Source of the DNA: Geosiphon pyriformis uo1
Taxonomy: Eukaryota > Fungi > Glomeromycota
Assembly: GCA_016748015.1 (NCBI GenBank)
Contig: JAAOMT010000723.1
Span: 222,351-286,350 of the forward strand
Direction: 5' to 3'
Length of the DNA: 64,000 nucleotides
This document shows positions 35,301 to 48,424 of this stretch, piece after piece. Both the position numbers and the translations under genes were made by a program. The stretch's first letter is position 1. Each line of letters opens with the position of its first letter. The notes under the pieces were generated by a model that worked only from the letters and a program-made list of their open reading frames with translations, did no database searches and was not told the DNA's origin.

Positions 35301-36353
35301 GTCTACAGTACAACTCAAACTCAGACTCTTTACAATCTTTGTCACCAGAAGTTCTAACCTAAAAAACTTGGAAAAATATTTGTTCTTCATACACACAAAG
35401 TCACTGAACCAATATTTGGAGAAAATTTTATCAGCTGACATCACCACAGTCTCTTTCAGAATGTTCCATATTGTATCCAAATCCCTAAGGTTCTTTGCCA
35501 GGTTGAATTTAGGCAAAACTATAGCAAATTTATCAAACAAGTATTCTCTGAAACATAGCCATTTACCAGCATTAGCATCCTTGATCTTAAACTTCTACTT
35601 GTCCCTATTGGCTTGCTTACATAAACTATTTAAATCAGAATCCACAAGACCCCCCAACCCAATCAAGACTGAAACTGCCCGATAATCAGTGTTGAAAAAT
35701 TTCACAACAGAGCCAATCTCGTGGCCAGCAACAGCAAAAGATAAATTGCAACTAACAAAGATAAAGTCAATAGTTCTTTTAATCTCTCACGAGTTGGACC
35801 ATATAGGAGCTTTGACCAGCATATAATCAACGAATGAATTTACCAAACCCAAATCAGAACAAAACTTGACACTTGCACTCTTTCCTTTCCTGTTTTCATT
35901 GAAATCCCCACCCAAAACCACAAATGTGCTAAAATTGACTGCTTTGACAATGAAAGAATTGACAACTGAAACTTGACTAAATCTTGACTCAGTGGAAGCA
36001 CCAGCATACAACCCCACAACGAATATTAAGATCTTGTCCTTAAAAAGAAGTCTAATTGAAATAACTCATCCAGGAATCTCTTCTACCTTAGAAACATGCT
36101 GAGCCAGACATTCATTCATGATAACTGCCATACCAGCTTTTAGAAAACCTTTCTCCAGCCCAGAAGTGAATATCTGCACACCATCAAATTTTTTCATAAT
36201 TCATGGCCTTATGCTAGACCTTAATTTAGTTTCAGTAATAAAGGAAATCATGTTACCCGAATTCATGTGCCACTATATGACATCATCTTGCTTTGCTCGA
36301 ACATTAAGGCCTCTAACATTGCATGTAGCAAATTTCCAAATCAAGTCACTTAT
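32325..36353 (-). pseudogene. LINE-B ORF2 (APE, RT, RNase H), main part
   Basis: WKFATCNVRGLNV, LGGDFNE, AGAFVDDIIW, IYTDS..AEMQAI..FTDS, GNERAD. The start ATG is mutated to ATA. Confidence 0.9.
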
Positions 36354-38223
36354 TAAAAAGTAGAAGATACCCAAGAACCCGAGCTAGCACACAACTAATC
36401 TAACTTCACTAAAACTGAACCAATAAAGGCCTCAAGAGCCACCAACTTGGACTCCAAATAGCCCATCTTAGTCATCAAAATCTTTGAACTGCTGGGTCCC
36501 AGAGCTGAAACAACAGGGAAAAGTACAGGCATTACTACAGAGCTTTTTAAGACCATATTCAAATTTGAATCCAATTCAACATTTATTAATATAACTGGAC
36601 TGTTAGAAGAAGACAGAAAAACCAAAGGCACCAATTCCATGCTGTTGAGTTTGTGCAAAATGCCATACATCTGATCACCCAAGAGTTCTAAAGAGTGTTT
36701 TAAAGATGACAAATAAGCATCTAAAGATGAATTGTTGGTCAGAGCAAGAGAAGAACCACCACCCATACCTGAGGCACCAGAAGAAAAAGAACCAGAACCA
36801 GAACCAGATTCAAATAGAAGACCACCAGAAAAAGAGGCAGAAGAAACTATTTGAGTTCAGAATTTGCTGTCAAAAGCAGTAAGGCAAGAAATAGGAACAT
36901 TTTTCTTGGCATACAACCTAGCCAACTGAACACAATTCTTGTCAGAAGCAGTTTTTTTATAGGATTTTTTAGATAGAGCAGACATCAAAGTGTCAGAAGC
37001 ATCACATTTCAAAGCTGAGTGTCCAAACTTTCCACACTTCTCACACCAAACCAAGTCCAATTTAGCCTAAGAAAGTTTTACACCACCAAAAATTGGTTCT
37101 GTGCAAAACACAAAATCAAGCTCATTTTCAGACTCAAAACTAACAATGGTACAGTGGGTCTGGTTTCCAGTCTCCAGAGAATGATTGATCACACAAGTTT
37201 TTCTACCAGCTCCTTCTAAAAGAGTACCAAAATCATGAACTGTTGTTCCTACTGGCAAAGTAAACAAAAGCACTCTGAAGCAATCCCTAAACATCCAAGT
37301 ATTATGATCTCCCATGGTCATAGTCACATGCACTGAATCCTTTCCAATAAGGAATGACCATCTTAACACCAGTTGTTTTGCCTATTCCAATTCAGCAAAT
37401 TCTATCACAGTCTTCTGCTATATTCCAATTAGCTGAATTTTGATTGACTTAATATTACCAAACTCAGATATTGTGGTGATGATCATTTTCTTCAGCATAT
37501 TCATGGGAATTTTTTTGATTACTACAGCCCAATCTGAACAAATTTCTTGTTTCTTGAGATTGCTGTTTATGATAATTCCTTTCTTTCTGGCCAATGATAT
37601 AGTCTTAATCAAGCTTTCCTCAGAAGTAAATGTTGATCAGATAATCTCTTCAAATTTTGAGAGAGTGGTGGCCCCCCCAAAACCATTGACTGTTGAAAAA
37701 ATTTTCCTAATAAATTGGGTCTTTGCTGTAGCAGATTTGTCTTCTACTGCCAAAAAATTAATATCCAAAGCAAATGACTTCCTAACAGAAACTTCTACAG
37801 GAGTCTTTACAATTTTAGGATCTATCCATTTTCTTTCCAAAGATATATTGAGGGGAGGTGGGAGAAGTTCTACTTCTTTATTCATATCAAAATTGGGAGA
37901 GCCAAAAGAGGACCCAAAGACTATGTTGGAATCCACTTTTTTCGCTTTAGGAGTAGTAGCTGCCAAGTTTAAGAGAGACTCACCATTGACACCTTCCAAA
38001 ACCATATTGTCTTCACCACAACTAGACTTACTATCCATGTCCAAGTACATGCCACCAGAACCAAGTTTGACTAGAGAAATGTTTCTTTTATCATCTGAAT
38101 GTTTAATATTACCAAGAACTACTTTTTTTTTTGGGAGAAAAAACCACCAGCAGGATCATAGAAAGTGTCCTTAGGCACTTTTTTCTTAGACAAATCACTG
38201 CTAGAAACAGCCTTTAAATCCAT
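36350..38223 (-). pseudogene. LINE-B ORF1 (RRM-like x2, zinc knuckle)
   Basis: MDLKAVSSS..; AVVIKKIPMN..EFGNIKSIKIQL; RVLLFTLPVGTTVHD; CEKCGKFGHSALKC. Confidence 0.86.
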
Positions 38224-39037
38224 AACAAAGGGGTTATTAGATAAAAAAATATTGATATAAACTTAACAAGAAAAAATAAAAAACTTTTTTTTCAGAAAGT
38301 GCGCTCTTTAAAAATTATTTGGAGGTAAGAGAGAAAGAAGTCTTTTCCATACTTTTATATTTCTATAATTAAAACTAATATTTAAAAAAAAATTCTATTT
38401 AATAAAATATTTTTAAATTCAAATTATATTTTTACTAATTATTAAAAAGTTTGATTTTTTTCTTTAAAAATTATAATTTTAAAGTTTTTATATATAAATT
38501 AATTAATTTAAGATTATTTATTATTATTAATTTTAATGCATAGTTTTTATTTTAAAAAAGCAAAAAATTAAAGCAAAAAAATTATAAATATAAATATATT
38601 TAATTAATAATAATAAAAACAAGTTATCTTTTTTTAAAAACAAGTTAATTTTTCTTATAATATTTAAATAAAACCAATTTGAATTTTATTTATTATGTTA
38701 TTGTTACAATAATATTCATAATATATTAATTAAAAAATTCGGAATTTTAGTTTAATACTAATAAGATTTTTGATGAAACCCCAACTTGATAATTATAACA
38801 CATCAAAAAACCTAAAACAAAAGTTTAAATTCTAAAAACCAAAGAGATGTTAATAAAACCTTGTATTTAACATTTTTCAAATTAAATATCATTAATGTAC
38901 CATTCGCGATGTATTTTTATCAACTGTGATGCTTAAATTCATTTGCACCAGGTATATTTTAAGCAATTTAAAATAGCTGGGAATAAACCCCTAATTAACA
39001 GGTTCTAGTTAATTGCAAACCATCATTTCACTTTCAG

Positions 39038-41979
39038 TTAAACCTCATCAACAAATGTGCCGAACAAATCGGCTTCTCCTTCGGTATCTGTAGCGTCCCG
39101 ACCAATAACACCACCCTCACCACCATTTGGCTCATCGTCTGTTGGATCCGAAATCATAGAAGATGTCAATGTCATGGATATCTCGTTGATAGGATCCGGA
39201 TCAATTTTTTCTATTGCACTCCTGATTACATGCATCATCTTGGGATCCAAGTCCAATGCCCGCGTAAAGTTTTGTGTAGCACTGACTCTATCATTCAAAG
39301 CCTTGTAAATCTTTCCCAAAAGAAAATATACTTTGGGTTCTTTAGGTACAGTAGCTTTAAGGGCTTCTAATTCTTGAATTGCAGCCTATAAACATTAACA
39401 TTATATCAAATCGGAAAATGCAACAAAATAAACTAGTAGAATGAAAGTTTAAGATTAAAGTTCGAACCTGGTATTCCTCTTCTCGAAATAATGATTTGGC
39501 TTTTTTGAATCTAGCCAAGGGTGTATTAGGCGTTATCTCACATGCACGATCGTAAAGAGAGCGGGCATCCTCAAATTTCCCCATCTTCTCTAGGACCTAT
39601 TTTGCCAAAATCAGATTAACGATTTGGTCAATAAAATTATATTTTATATTAGCAAGATTGTAAACACAGCATACCTTCCCCAAACAGCAAATGAGAACAG
39701 CGTGATTCGGATTTATTTCCATCGCTGTTCGATAATGACGCTCAGCTGATTGCTTTTTGCCACAGGTGGAGTAATAATTGGCTAGCCCATACCTAAATAG
39801 AATATTAGAAAGGTGATCGAAATTAATTCATATCTAAATTTCTTAAACGCAAACAATATCTCACCATGCATTATAATGACGGCGATTTGTATTGATAGCA
39901 TTTCGAAAATGTTCTTGGGCTTTTTCAAAATTTCCGTTGGCCATACATTCATGCCCAGACAATGTATGCGCATACGTAAAACTAGGGTCCAATTGTATTG
40001 CACGATGAAAACATTTCAATGCCATATCATGCTCTTGTTGTCGGCTGAAGCAATTACCAACTGCACACCATGCTTGTGGTGAATGACGTTCAAATTCGAC
40101 TAAATCATGAGCAAGAGTACTAAGAGCAACATCTTTTCGCATGTGCCAAAGTGCTGTAGAATATATTTCCATATCCTCATGTCGAAAAGTTTCATGTTGT
40201 CGTACATATTGGAAATAAACTTCAGCCTTGTTAAAGGAAGAAGCAAGTTAATTATCGTGTGAAATTTGTTAGAAACTAATTACATAAAGATAAATTTTGG
40301 ATAATTACTCTTGGATAATCAACTAACTCAAAGTGGGCTTTGCCAAGTTGAGCATAAACCCACGTTGATTGATATTGACATTCAGGTAATTCTCTAAAGG
40401 CAGAAATAGCCTTTTGGCATTCATATACACTTAAAAAGGCATGACCTCGTGCACACTTTTTTAATAAATCCAATATTTCTAATCGTGCCGTTTTACGTTC
40501 AAGATCTTCGGCTTGGGTATTTCCTTTGTGAGGTTGTTCATGTTCTTTAGTAGTATCTTCGACTGTACCTTTCTAGCAAATTCATCTCATTGTTAATAAT
40601 TGTAAAGTAACTTTATTCTGGAACCATCGCACACTTTCAATTACTAAATACCTCGTTTTCAACATCTAGAAGATGTTTGATATGAGCATTCGCCCTAGTT
40701 CTCTTATTCTCGTCTTCAATAATCATGTTATTTTTATCTTCATTCATCATTCGCGTTCGTTTTTTCTCCCTGTTATCAATTGTAGGTATGGATTGGGTGG
40801 TTGGTGTAGTCTATTAACATTGATAATATAAATACATGGGTGATATTTCAATAAGATTTTTGGTCGCGATCAAATCAGACCTTTTTTGATGAAATTCGTA
40901 AACTTCGTCTTGCTGTAGCAACATTAATCCCTCGCTCCGGTCGTTGATGCTATTGCAATATTAGATGATATTTAATGTATGAGTTGAATTTCAATGATCC
41001 TGAGATGACCATTAATTTTCTTTCGATAGAAGGGTACCGGTTTTGTTAAAATACTATATTTTTGATTTCGAATGATATCGGTACATGGAAATCTTGGTGT
41101 AGACTTTTCATTAGGTGGCTGGAATATTTCTTGTATATCAATTTGATTCGACTTTCCTTTATCCATATTGATTATGAGTAGGAGAAAATATTTCATCTTT
41201 AAGATAGACTTCGTATTAAAAAAACCATATACCTAGCTGACAAAGGGCCTCAAAAGCTTCCCATACAAATGGATTTTTTTTGAGACATGTCATGTAGTGC
41301 TGGGCGGCTTCATCGATATGTCGGGTTTTTCTGCATAATGCTCCTAAAAGACATAATACGGAGGCTTCATCAAGTTTGTCGCTTTTCGAGCAATCCCCAG
41401 ACGCGTCTGCCCGAGGGAAGAAATGAAATGATCAGATGAGGCTAATTTCGAAAAATTTGCATGACAGGAAGCTATTAATAATCCTTTTTGAGAAAGAGTT
41501 AACGAAATGTTTGGGAAGGTTTCTTTTAGAGTGCATTATGAAAAAAGTCGCTACTATGAACGCGTTTATCTTTCACACGAAGAAAATCATATCGAATTCG
41601 GATGATTCGGTTTATCATTTGCTGCCTTAACCAAAAGAAACGTACCCAAGCTACTATATCCTTCTACCTCAGGCAGAATTGATGATAATTTGTCTCGTCC
41701 ACAATCAGCTTTGTCCAACTCAAGGCAACATTTTGCGAAAAGATATACGCACTTGGGTGTGCGAGCATTATTTAAAAGACAGAACGCCGCTTTACGATTA
41801 CCACTACGATAGTAAGATGTGGCCAGCAAAAAAAGAGAGTTTTCGTCCTTCTTATCATAGGCAAACAATCTTTCGGCTAGGAAAATGGCATTCCTGTACA
41901 TGTAATTGTCCAGCGAATGCCATATCATTCCCTCAAGCTGGGGTGCCACCAAAGGGTGAATCGTATAGTTTTCTGTCAT
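39038..41979 (-). CDS. CDC27: Anaphase-promoting complex subunit 3 (Cdc27/Nuc2/BimA), multi-exon
   Basis: N-terminal IWHSLDNYMYRNAIFLAERL and TPR core MEIYSTALWH..SPQAWCAVGNCFS..FTYAHTLSGHE..RHYNAW. GT-AG introns. Confidence 0.93.
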
Positions 41980-42507
41980 CTTCGAAGGCAGCTACAAATT
42001 ATTTTGAGTTGAGTTTTTCTAAAACTTGACTGTTTTTCAAAGTCCCTGCTTTTACTAAAGTCCAAATATCGTCGTCAAAAGGAAGTGAGGTGTTATATCG
42101 AAACTTTTGAATTCTTTTGAAAATAAGCAGTCACATATCAACATATTATTTTCATCGTATACTGGCCACTCTGATTAACCAAATAATTACAGGAAGCCCG
42201 ATGATTCAATGCCTAAAAGAACCAGGGAATCCCGAGCTCAAATTCAAATATTGTTATGATTTGATAAAATTCTGATAGGTCCCCCTTATTAAAATTCTGA
42301 GTCACATGAGTACAGTTTATTTTGTGAACTTTTATTTCGAGGGAAGAACTATTACTCTTTTTAACTAGTTTTCATCCTACCTCACATATTGTTTTTGAAA
42401 ATTGAAAAATATTTTTATATTCGTGAAATATTATTAATCATAGGATTTTAAAATTCGTTCAAGCCATTGGAAATTCCAATTTTAATCTTGGGGATTGTCT
42501 TTCTTAC

Positions 42508-44022
42508 TCATACTACCCTCCGTCGGTCCCGTTTATAATCCCTTGAAGATGACCTTGATGGATGACGACCATTATCCCTTGCGCGATCTCGATTTCTTCG
42601 ATCAAGTGAAACACGCTCATCGGAAATTCGCCGAGGACTTGCAGACCTAGAATCCCTTCGAGGCAGTGGTCTCCTATCAGAGCGTTCATCCGGTCTCCTC
42701 GTTCGTCCACTATCTTTATCACGAAAATCACGGTCTTGCTTACTTTCCATATAATCTTTATCTCTATCGTGGCGGTCATTTCTATATCGACTATTACGAT
42801 CACGTTCCCTACGATCGTCTCTATCACGTTCTCTATACCCATAATCATCTTGATGCGAATCTCTATCCTGTGATGTTTTCCTTGTGTCACTATGAGGCCT
42901 TTCTCTCTCCTCAAATACCATCTCATATTTACTTCGAGGAGGAGCATCATTACCACCGCGATATTGAGTTCGTCGCTCTAAATTTTCCGAGCCTCCATAA
43001 CCAATTGAGCCTCGCTTAGTCATCTTGGTTTTCAACCAATCATTATGGATCTTTGAGACAGACTGTGAGAAATCCACTTTGATACGTCGATCATCGATCA
43101 AGACATTGTTCATTTTAAAATATGCCGTCTCACAATCTTCCCGATTTTCAAATTCAATGAAAGCGTAACAAAGTGAGTCCCCAGTTTTTTTGTCCCGAAT
43201 GATCTCACAATTATCAATCTGACCGAAACGTGAGAAGATTAACTCGAGATCTTCGTCTTGAGTCACCGGATTCAGCTGACATACAAAGAGCACATTTTCT
43301 GGGGGTTTAACTTCAGCAAACGGAATATCTCCAATCATTTCTAAAGTTAAAGCCTGTGCTGCCGCTTCTTTTCTTCGCAGCAATTTTTCCATCTCGTCAG
43401 GCGGAAGTTCAGGTTCAATGCTCTCATCTTCGGCAATTCGAATTGTCTCTAACATTTCTTGGGTAGGGAGGGGCGATTGATCAGGCACTTGCAATCCTTC
43501 TGGATCCTCAAAAGGATCTTCAAGCACAATAGTATGTTTTATTCGAATATCTTTGTATGGACGCCCGGTATCATCACAGTACACATTATTGATCTCCTCA
43601 AGAACATCAAATCCCTCGGCTACCTCCCCAAACACGGTATGCTTGCCGTCAAGATAATCGAGATTCTCACCAGTAGTGATAAAGAATTGCGATCCACTGA
43701 CATCACCCCCCTCTTTACCGTCGCTAGCAACAGCCATTGAAACAGTCCCTTTATTCTTGTGCTTCAGTTTCGGGTGTATTTCAGCGGGAAAGTAGCGCCT
43801 TTGCGGACCATAGAGAATTCCAAATAAGGATTCACCTCCTTTTCCCGTCGCTGTAGGATCACCAGTTTGGACCATAAAGTCCTTTTGCACATTGTGAAAA
43901 CAACAAAAGTTGTAGTATTTGATTTTGCATAGTTTAAGAAAGTTCAGAGTCGTTTGTGGACACCTTTTTACGTGCAAATCTATTACAAGGTCACCAAGTG
44001 AAGTCTCAATTAATACGCTCAT
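42508..44022 (-). CDS. PPIL4: Cyclophilin-RRM protein PPIL4/Rct1/Cyp59, single exon
   Basis: [55 protein letters not shown], and an RD/RS-rich tail. Confidence 0.95.
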   Translation of the reverse strand: MSVLIETSLGDLVIDLHVKRCPQTTLNFLKLCKIKYYNFCCFHNVQKDFMVQTGDPTATGKGGESLFGILYGPQRRYFPAEIHPKLKHKNKGTVSMAVASDGKEGGDVSGSQFFITTGENLDYLDGKHTVFGEVAEGFDVLEEINNVYCDDTGRPYKDIRIKHTIVLEDPFEDPEGLQVPDQSPLPTQEMLETIRIAEDESIEPELPPDEMEKLLRRKEAAAQALTLEMIGDIPFAEVKPPENVLFVCQLNPVTQDEDLELIFSRFGQIDNCEIIRDKKTGDSLCYAFIEFENREDCETAYFKMNNVLIDDRRIKVDFSQSVSKIHNDWLKTKMTKRGSIGYGGSENLERRTQYRGGNDAPPRSKYEMVFEERERPHSDTRKTSQDRDSHQDDYGYRERDRDDRRERDRNSRYRNDRHDRDKDYMESKQDRDFRDKDSGRTRRPDERSDRRPLPRRDSRSASPRRISDERVSLDRRNRDRARDNGRHPSRSSSRDYKRDRRRVV

Positions 44023-44259
44023 TCTAGAACGGAAAAAAGTTGATAAGAGGGCTTAGTAGCCAAATGAAAAGTTTCTCGTAGCTTTTTAATTTTCAATATA
44101 ATTCTGGTCGAGCATGATCTGGAAGGCTAGATAATTTCAGATAACAACATTAGTAAATCAAAACTTAGTCCCATTGACCCGAACACCAAGAACCATCCTT
44201 AAGTTCCATGGCTTCTGGTATTCTTTAAGTTACCTGCAGTTTATCTTTTAGGGTTTAAA

Positions 44260-45801
44260 ATGGCATTAACTGTACTTCTAACTACTGTCTCAATTATTAC
44301 CTGCAAGACCCTTTGTCTAACGTTTGCCGGCAGAAAAGCAACCCAGAAGACGTTAAATTATCTTTTACCCTTGGCAATCAATGGTTCAATTCTTTGTATG
44401 GCTCCCTTTCCACTTAGTCGAGTCTTCGCCTTCAGCTAACCTAAATTCTGCTACAATCGAACATTTATATTTCTGATGTAAGATACAAACAACTGTGCGG
44501 TACTGGTCCAGTCGACTTGGCAACCAGGCTCCATAGAAACAAGAATTTTGTTGCCTTGTACGTGTTATATGTCCTATTATTTCTCTTTGAGAATGTTTTA
44601 ATCATAATAGAGATTTTGTATATGAGATCACATAAGTCAGAATCTAATTTAAATTGGGTGTTTCTTTACGTTAATATAAGGAACCAAAAACTTTATCGGA
44701 CACACCCTGATGCCTTTGGACGTGACGGTTATTCCTTGGAAGAATTGTGAGTATTATTTTTTTATTCAAAGAGAACATTAATAATAATAATAATAATAAT
44801 ATCTTATTTTTAATCCTCCATTATCTAGATATCATCAGAGCCAACGCACGCCACCAATTCTTCATAGTTACGAACAAGAGTTGAGCAATTACGATTCAGA
44901 AAAAGCTGCTGGATTAACCATCATTCCGGCTTCGGAGACTCATGTCACAAATAATAAACTTTCTGAAAAAAGCCCAATTATTACTGCTATACCATATATC
45001 GGCTCTCCTGGTACTGATGCCAATTCCCAATCAAAGTTTCCTCCAAACTCACCATTAGGGAAAAAACGAGCAACATCAAATTATTGGCCAACAAACAAAC
45101 AAACAACCTTATTCGTACAGGAGATTTCATCGTTCAATCCCTCTAATCAATTTGAAATGACTCATAATTCGAACACTTTTAGCCCGAAGCCTTCCAAGAA
45201 TGTAGTTAGGAAAGATGACCCTATTTCCACTTCGGCAAAGATTAACTTTTTCAATCCAAAAGTTGACTCACCTGAAGTCGGTCAATCTATCAATAGCTCG
45301 AGCCCTAAATTTCTAATGAAAAAGAATGTCCCTAGCCCTAATTTCCCAAACCCGAAAAATTCACCTTCAGATTTATTTATTCATAGCCCTAGTCCTGAGG
45401 TTGAAATTAAGGAGAAAGAGTTACAACTATTTACAGCTAAAAAGATGATGTCGCCAGGTTCCGCTATAACTTTTGAACTTCATCAAGACAACGAATTTGT
45501 ATCTCAACGAACACGATCCCGAGTTAAAGAAGTTACAAACCCTGTTTCATCCTCATCTCAATCACCGACACCAATTAGAGGCAGGAAACCAATGGTAGAT
45601 TTTCAGAGCAGTTCTGAAGCTCGGTATAATAAAGATATAACAGGCACTCGAAGAAAAACAATCAATTCTACTACTAGCCAACCCAATACTTTCCCTAGCC
45701 TAAATTTTGAAAAAAAATCAAAATCACGAGCAAAAGTTAAACATAAAAGCTCTCAAGAGTCCCATCATGAAAGGGACAAGAAAAGGCGTCGAGAGGAATG
45801 A
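44260..45801 (+). CDS. Hypothetical multi-exon protein with a large Ser/Pro-rich disordered C-terminal exon and basic tail
   Basis: In-frame GT-AG joins give ..YKQLCGTGPVDLATRLHRNKNFVAL-NQKLYRTHPDAFGRDGYSLEEL-YHQSQ.. into ORF 44881-45801. The start is uncertain. Confidence 0.55.
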
Positions 45802-46083
45802 ATAAGTTCAAATGAATCTTGCTCGAGTCCGCAAATATATTTACGAATTTTGCATATATTTACATTTCAAGATCGTCAAGCAATATATTAAATGGATTCA
45901 ATAATAATGCTTTTTTTTTTATGTTCACTACGTTAATTTTGTATATTATAGCAAAGCATTTAAGTTGGTTTTTCGAACATGATTATTTACCTCATCTCCT
46001 TTGTACACATTGAGGGATCAAGGTAAAAGGTTTGACACAATCATTTTTTCAAATTAAGCTACAATCCCAAAAGGATATTGGGA

Positions 46084-47098
46084 TTATCCAATTTTCAAGC
46101 CAAGTCCAAAACCAATTACGAAAGCGGTATTAGTTTGGAATGTTCTTTTTAAAAAATTTATGACGTTCCTGAAATCTCTTGGTGATCCCGTTTCGTCTCG
46201 GTCCGATTGCAATATCAGATTGTATGTTTGGTCAAAAATTCCCCAATTAATTTGTGGTATCTCATAGCCTTGAGCCCTCATGAATGGAATTAGAAAAAAG
46301 GCAGCACTAATAGTCAGTACTGCCAATTTTGTTACTTTTTTCACGAAATACCCAGAAACGAATCCCATTGTAGTACCCAACATAATTTTTGTCATTTTAG
46401 AAGCAAAATTCGGCTGATTTCCTTCGTTTCCGTTTGTGGGTACGGTTAGTTCGGGAGCATCATGATAAGGGGGATTGGTAGGCGTTGATGATGCTGCTGT
46501 CGAAGCTGACGCAAATAAATGATTTACAGAACCAGTTCCTTGGTTTAAATCTACATTCCAAGAAAGAAATTAAATACCCGTTTTTTACTGATAATTAAGA
46601 AGCAAATAACAATTGTTGGACTACCAACCTACGCAATATGCAACGTTTCCAAAGCTGTTGAGCGCGGTAGTGACGCTGATAATGCCAAAAAAGGTGAAGA
46701 CCTTAAGATTTTTTAAGCTGGGAACCCCTTTCGTCACATAACAATTTTCTTTAATCAAAGCAGTCAATATAGCAGAACTATCTGATTCCACCCTTCTAGA
46801 TTGTATTAAAGAAAATGAAAGGTCTGAAGCAAAAGTAGGGTCTTAAATAAGCGGTCAGGTTTAATCTGATTAAAAACAATTGATAAGGGCAAATGCACAA
46901 TAAACTGGGTAAAAAGAAATAGAAAGTGGCGTTTAGCTACTGGTTCTTATCACGACCTTTTCTCTCAACAGCCTGTCGCTTAATAGAATTGACCCATGAA
47001 GAGTAAAAGAAAGCTGGGCGTTGTTGAGAAATAAAAATACAACGAATGGTTCCGTATAATGGAATTGCTAATCTATTGGAAGGTCGGAAGAATGACAT
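46084..47098 (-). CDS. FUN14-family mitochondrial outer membrane protein
   Basis: Last exon has IMLGTTMGFVSGYFVKKVTKLAVL..GY..INW..FVIGFGLG. Upstream exon via an intron at about 46551-46628. The start (MSFFRPSNRL at 47098) is tentative. Confidence 0.7.
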
Positions 47099-47340
47099 GG
47101 GAAGTGGAGTAAAAAATAAAACCTTGAAATATCGCAGGTTTCGATCACCTTTATATCAGATATAGAATGTTTGACAGTTAAACTAAATTCTATTTGGTAT
47201 TGATTGTTAGTGGTATTGTTAGATTTAAACGAAAGAGAAATTTGGATTAAAATATGTTATAGGATCTATAAAATTTTGTTTAGCCTTTTGATTTTTGAAA
47301 TTATTTATATACTATTCAACGTAATATGTAAAAAACATAA

Positions 47341-47646
47341 TCAAGCCCACAAAATATCATCGTAGATCAGTTGCCTATGCGTCACTCGACCAACCTCATG
47401 AAATGAATTATTATCATCAGTCCCAGTACCATAAAATTCGTCTTCAGCAAAACCCAAGATACGTAAGACCCAAAAATATGCGTAAATCAAGAATACAAGA
47501 GAAATCAAAGCCTCAAGATAATCAAAGTATTGGTGTCGAAGTTTAAGATTACCAATATTTTCTTGCAAACTCTCATTTTGGGTGTAAGACACATTTATAA
47601 ACTGCGATAAGATAGCAATTGGTTCTGTTTTCTCTTTGGAATCCAT
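47341..47646 (-). CDS. Small hypothetical single-pass membrane protein (101 aa)
   Basis: ATG-initiated ORF with CpG retained and one hydrophobic helix LEALISLVFLIYAYFWVLRIL. Confidence 0.4.
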   Translation of the reverse strand: MDSKEKTEPIAILSQFINVSYTQNESLQENIGNLKLRHQYFDYLEALISLVFLIYAYFWVLRILGFAEDEFYGTGTDDNNSFHEVGRVTHRQLIYDDILWA

Positions 47647-48424
47647 GTTGTTTTAATTTATATTTGAAATAGATACGTTATGGGATTTTGATTTTTAAAA
47701 AGAGGATATTTCCCAGTGAATTCAGTAACAACCAGAAAAGAGATCGAAAGAAATTTAAAGGGATTTTTATAAAATTTTATACAATTGTTCAACCTTTTCC
47801 AGAACACAATTAAACAAAGTCTTAAATAATTAAAAGTAAAGTAAGTCTTGTGAACAATTGGTTAAATGAATTATTTTTATTTTAAAAAATTACGTAATAT
47901 AATTATTTAAGTGATTTTAACTTTGATAATATTTTTTTTAATTTTTTGCTTGAACATCAATACTTTATTTTATTCTTGGTTATTTAATATTTTTAAAGAT
48001 TATATTTATTAAAAAAAAATAGAATTAGAAAAAAAATAAAAGTAATGAAAAACAGGAATGAATGTGATTTTATTGAATATGAAAGAGAATAAAATTTTTG
48101 AATGCAAATTGATATTGGAATAATTATAAATAAATAAATAAAATATATTATAAAACAATAATTTTATTAAAAAAAATTCAATTTGCCACTTTAAGTAACA
48201 AAAAATATAAATATTGTTCTTAAAATTTTAATTAATTAAAATATTGAAAATCTTATTTTTTATTTAATTATGATAATTTAAAACTTTTATATATTTCTTT
48301 GATATTCTTATCTAAAAATCTGACGTCACGCGCATCTTTGAAAAATAGGTTTTTAACCAATTCAATTAAGATTTAACTTGAATAATCTTGGTTGAAAAGT
48401 AACCTACTTCGCTATCGGGACATT

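Larger units (their letters stand above)
21878..38340 (-). mobile_element. LINE-B: full-length decayed non-LTR retrotransposon (related subfamily), interrupted by Gypsy-2
   Basis: ORF1 ATG at 38223, ORF2 36353 to 22020, 3' UTR and decayed A-tail at about 21878-21900. The 5' boundary is approximate. Confidence 0.9.

Noticed and set aside
37440-38174. 244-aa plus-strand ORF and other antisense ORFs over the LINE and Gypsy coding regions
   Set aside because: Shadow frames of TE ORFs with no recognisable domain and no matching conserved ORF in the sister element.
41402-41644. snoRNA in the long first intron of CDC27
   Set aside because: A CTGA is present near the 3' end, but there is no convincing box C with terminal stem or rRNA guide.
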